64,000 nucleotides of DNA, taken from positions 6,324,001 through 6,388,000 of the forward strand of contig OZ360225.1 of assembly GCA_977017645.1 (NCBI GenBank). Direction: 5' to 3'. Below the pieces are notes generated by a model. It made no database searches and was not told where the DNA came from. It saw only the letters and a program-made list of their open reading frames with translations. Origin of the DNA: Torpedo marmorata (taxonomy: Eukaryota). A program made the translations under genes and the position numbers. Every line of letters starts with the position of its first letter. Position 1 is the first letter of the stretch. Of this stretch, positions 61,771 through 64,000 are shown piece by piece.

Positions 61771-61955
61771 GAAGGTTTACTTAAGGTGGAATGTGAGTTT
61801 AGGAGGGCAGTTTGAAAACCACTGCTTTTTAAAAAAATATTTTATTTAAAATTTTAAATCACTCAATAATACATATTATAAAATGCAAAATTATCAAAAT
61901 ACATGTGATATATTTTCACCCTCCCTCCCTCCCTCCCCACCATAACCCTTCGACC

Positions 61956-62118
61956 NNNNNNNNNNNNNNNNNNNNNNNNNNNNNNNNNNNNNNNNNNNNN
62001 NNNNNNNNNNNNNNNNNNNNNNNNNNNNNNNNNNNNNNNNNNNNNNNNNNNNNNNNNNNNNNNNNNNNNNNNNNNNNNNNNNNNNNNNNNNNNNNNNNNN
62101 NNNNNNNNNNNNNNNNNN
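61956..62118. other. assembly gap (163 N)
   Basis: Run of N. Confidence 1.
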
Positions 62119-62434
62119 ATACTTACTACATTTATTGATTTACTATCCGCCATTTCTAATATTTAATAACTCTCTCTCCATCAGATCCACCGGCACCCCC
62201 TTCCACATTTGTAATCTATTTGACATCTCCTTAGAAGAAAAAAGAAAAAAGATACAAAGAAAACAAAAAACTAAAAACCCCACTATATTTAATACTTGCG
62301 TAATTACCCCAGTACTACCACCCTCCATTGTTCGGGAAGTGGCCCTCGCCACTAAGGTGATGTGTGACTAGGTACGGAGAAGACAAAAAGTCCACCCCCC
62401 CAACAGATTTTACACAACATTTGTTATCATTTCT

Positions 62435-63888
62435 TCATCCAACTTCTTTGAGCTCTCTATTAACTTGATCCTCATCGATTTCGACCCCATCTTCTTGTCC
62501 TGGAACACTTGGTGGAGGCAAATCCTGAGCCGGTAAAATAGCTTGAACTTGATGTTGTCCCATCAAATCTTGATCTTTCCCCAATTTAGGAAGTGAATTT
62601 GCATACTCCAGAGCTTGTTGATCATCAGCAAAAAAGAATGATTGATTCTCTGTAGACTGAACCTTCAAAATCGCAGGATATCTAAATGAAAATTTATATC
62701 CCTTACTCCAAAGAATTGCTTTCGCTGGATTGAATTCTTTTCGTTTTTTAACTATTACTGAACTTAAATCAGGGTAAAAAAATACCTTATTATTATCAAT
62801 TATCAATGGACTCTTGTTCTTCCTACCATTTTGAACAGCTAATTGCAATACCTTCTCTCTATCCTGGTATCAAAGACATCTAATTAACACTGAACGTGGC
62901 CTTTGTCCAGGATACGGTTTCTTTCTACTTTCTCTATGAAATCTCTCTAATTCCAGTCCATACGTAAAGTTATCAATACCCAAAACATCTGGAATCCATT
63001 TTTGAAAAAATTCAGTCGTATTCCCCCCTTCAAAATTTTCGGGCAATCCCACAATTTTAACATTATTTCTCCGATTCTGATTTTCCAATACATCAATTTT
63101 TTGTAAAAGTTCATTTCTTTATTACTCCCAACGTGTAATGAGTCTTCCACTTTTTCAACTCTATCTTGACAGTCCTTCATTTATTCATAATGTTCTTTAA
63201 CCCCCTCTTCAATTTTCTGGACCTTCAATATTACTTTGTCCACAATATTTGTATATTTTTTCATATCTTGTTTAATATCTTTAATTTCTTCCTTAACTTC
63301 ATTAAATCCATGTTGCATACGTTGATTCAATATTAACATTTGGTTTGTTAATTTATCCATAGCTTGAATAAAAGTAGCTGATAATTCTTGTTTACCTTGA
63401 AGCCTTTGAGCCTCCTCTTCTCCACTTATTTCTTCTTGCTCCTCTCCCTCCATCTCTTGTATCCCTCCTTCCAGTTCTTCATATATTTCTTCCTCTCTCC
63501 TTTTATCTTCTGACTCCGTTGATGATGATAATTCTTGTCCAATTTCATAATGATATAAATGAGAGATTTTTCCTCTGCTGTCAGCCTTAGCTGACAGTTC
63601 CCGTTCTTTATCGCGCATGCGCATCGTTTCGCGCATGCACGGTCGGTCACTCTCACGTTGTAGTTCCTTAGTCTTCCTTCGAGCACCAGCGCCATCTTCC
63701 CCAACTGCCCGGGAGGATGGCACTGGTTCTTCAATTACTTTCACCGTCCTTGTCTGCATCTTCCTGGGGGGGAGAGGAACTTGATCCCGAGGCTCCATCA
63801 CTAAGGTAGGCCGATCTTCCTCTTGAATTAAACTTTCTTTAAACACTATTTTCTTTGACTTTTGCTCCTTTCCTTTTCTAGTGGACAT
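62435..63888 (-). pseudogene. ORF1: L1 ORF1 (coiled coil-RRM-CTD), disrupted
   Basis: ENQNRRNNVKIVGLPE, ERFHR, PRSVLIR, FYPDLS and FRYPAIL motifs; stops and a frameshift. Confidence 0.9.
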
Positions 63889-64000
63889 TCTTCAATCGGT
63901 AATAAACAATCTTAACTTTTTTAATAACTAAATAAAGTTTTTTTTTACAGGTTTTAATTAGTTCTGTAGGGAGAGGTATATTTCCACGTCTCCAACCTAC

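Larger units (their letters stand above)
61826..64000 (-). mobile_element. L1 with 5'UTR, ORF1, ORF2 start, assembly gap and 3'UTR
   Basis: ORF1 motifs, MADSKSINVVS ORF2 start, N-run, G-rich 3'UTR and A-rich tail. Confidence 0.88.

Overview
This window is vertebrate genomic DNA, most likely from a cartilaginous fish (V-domain tRNA-SINEs, CR1, Rex/Babar, Penelope and fish-type L1 together). It is almost entirely nested retroelements, and I could not confidently identify a host gene. Contents: three related Gypsy LTR elements (two full-length with 5-bp TSDs); a small integrase-less Gypsy with a duplicated tRNA-Leu PBS; a non-autonomous BEL/Pao element interrupted by an L1; three L1s; a CR1 with an intact ORF2; an inverted-duplicated Penelope-like element with hammerhead ribozymes; a 5S-derived SINE; and many older fragments. 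The strongest observations are three. (1) The BEL/Pao element has lost RT/RNaseH/integrase core and carries instead an intronless stretch resembling the host gene MIPOL1 (match recalled from memory, needs BLAST). (2) The Gypsy family lacks a tRNA PBS and has a 16-17 nt LTR/leader complementarity with compensatory changes between copies, in self-priming geometry. (3) A tandem ETS+YY1 motif array is embedded in that family's gag-pol coding linker.
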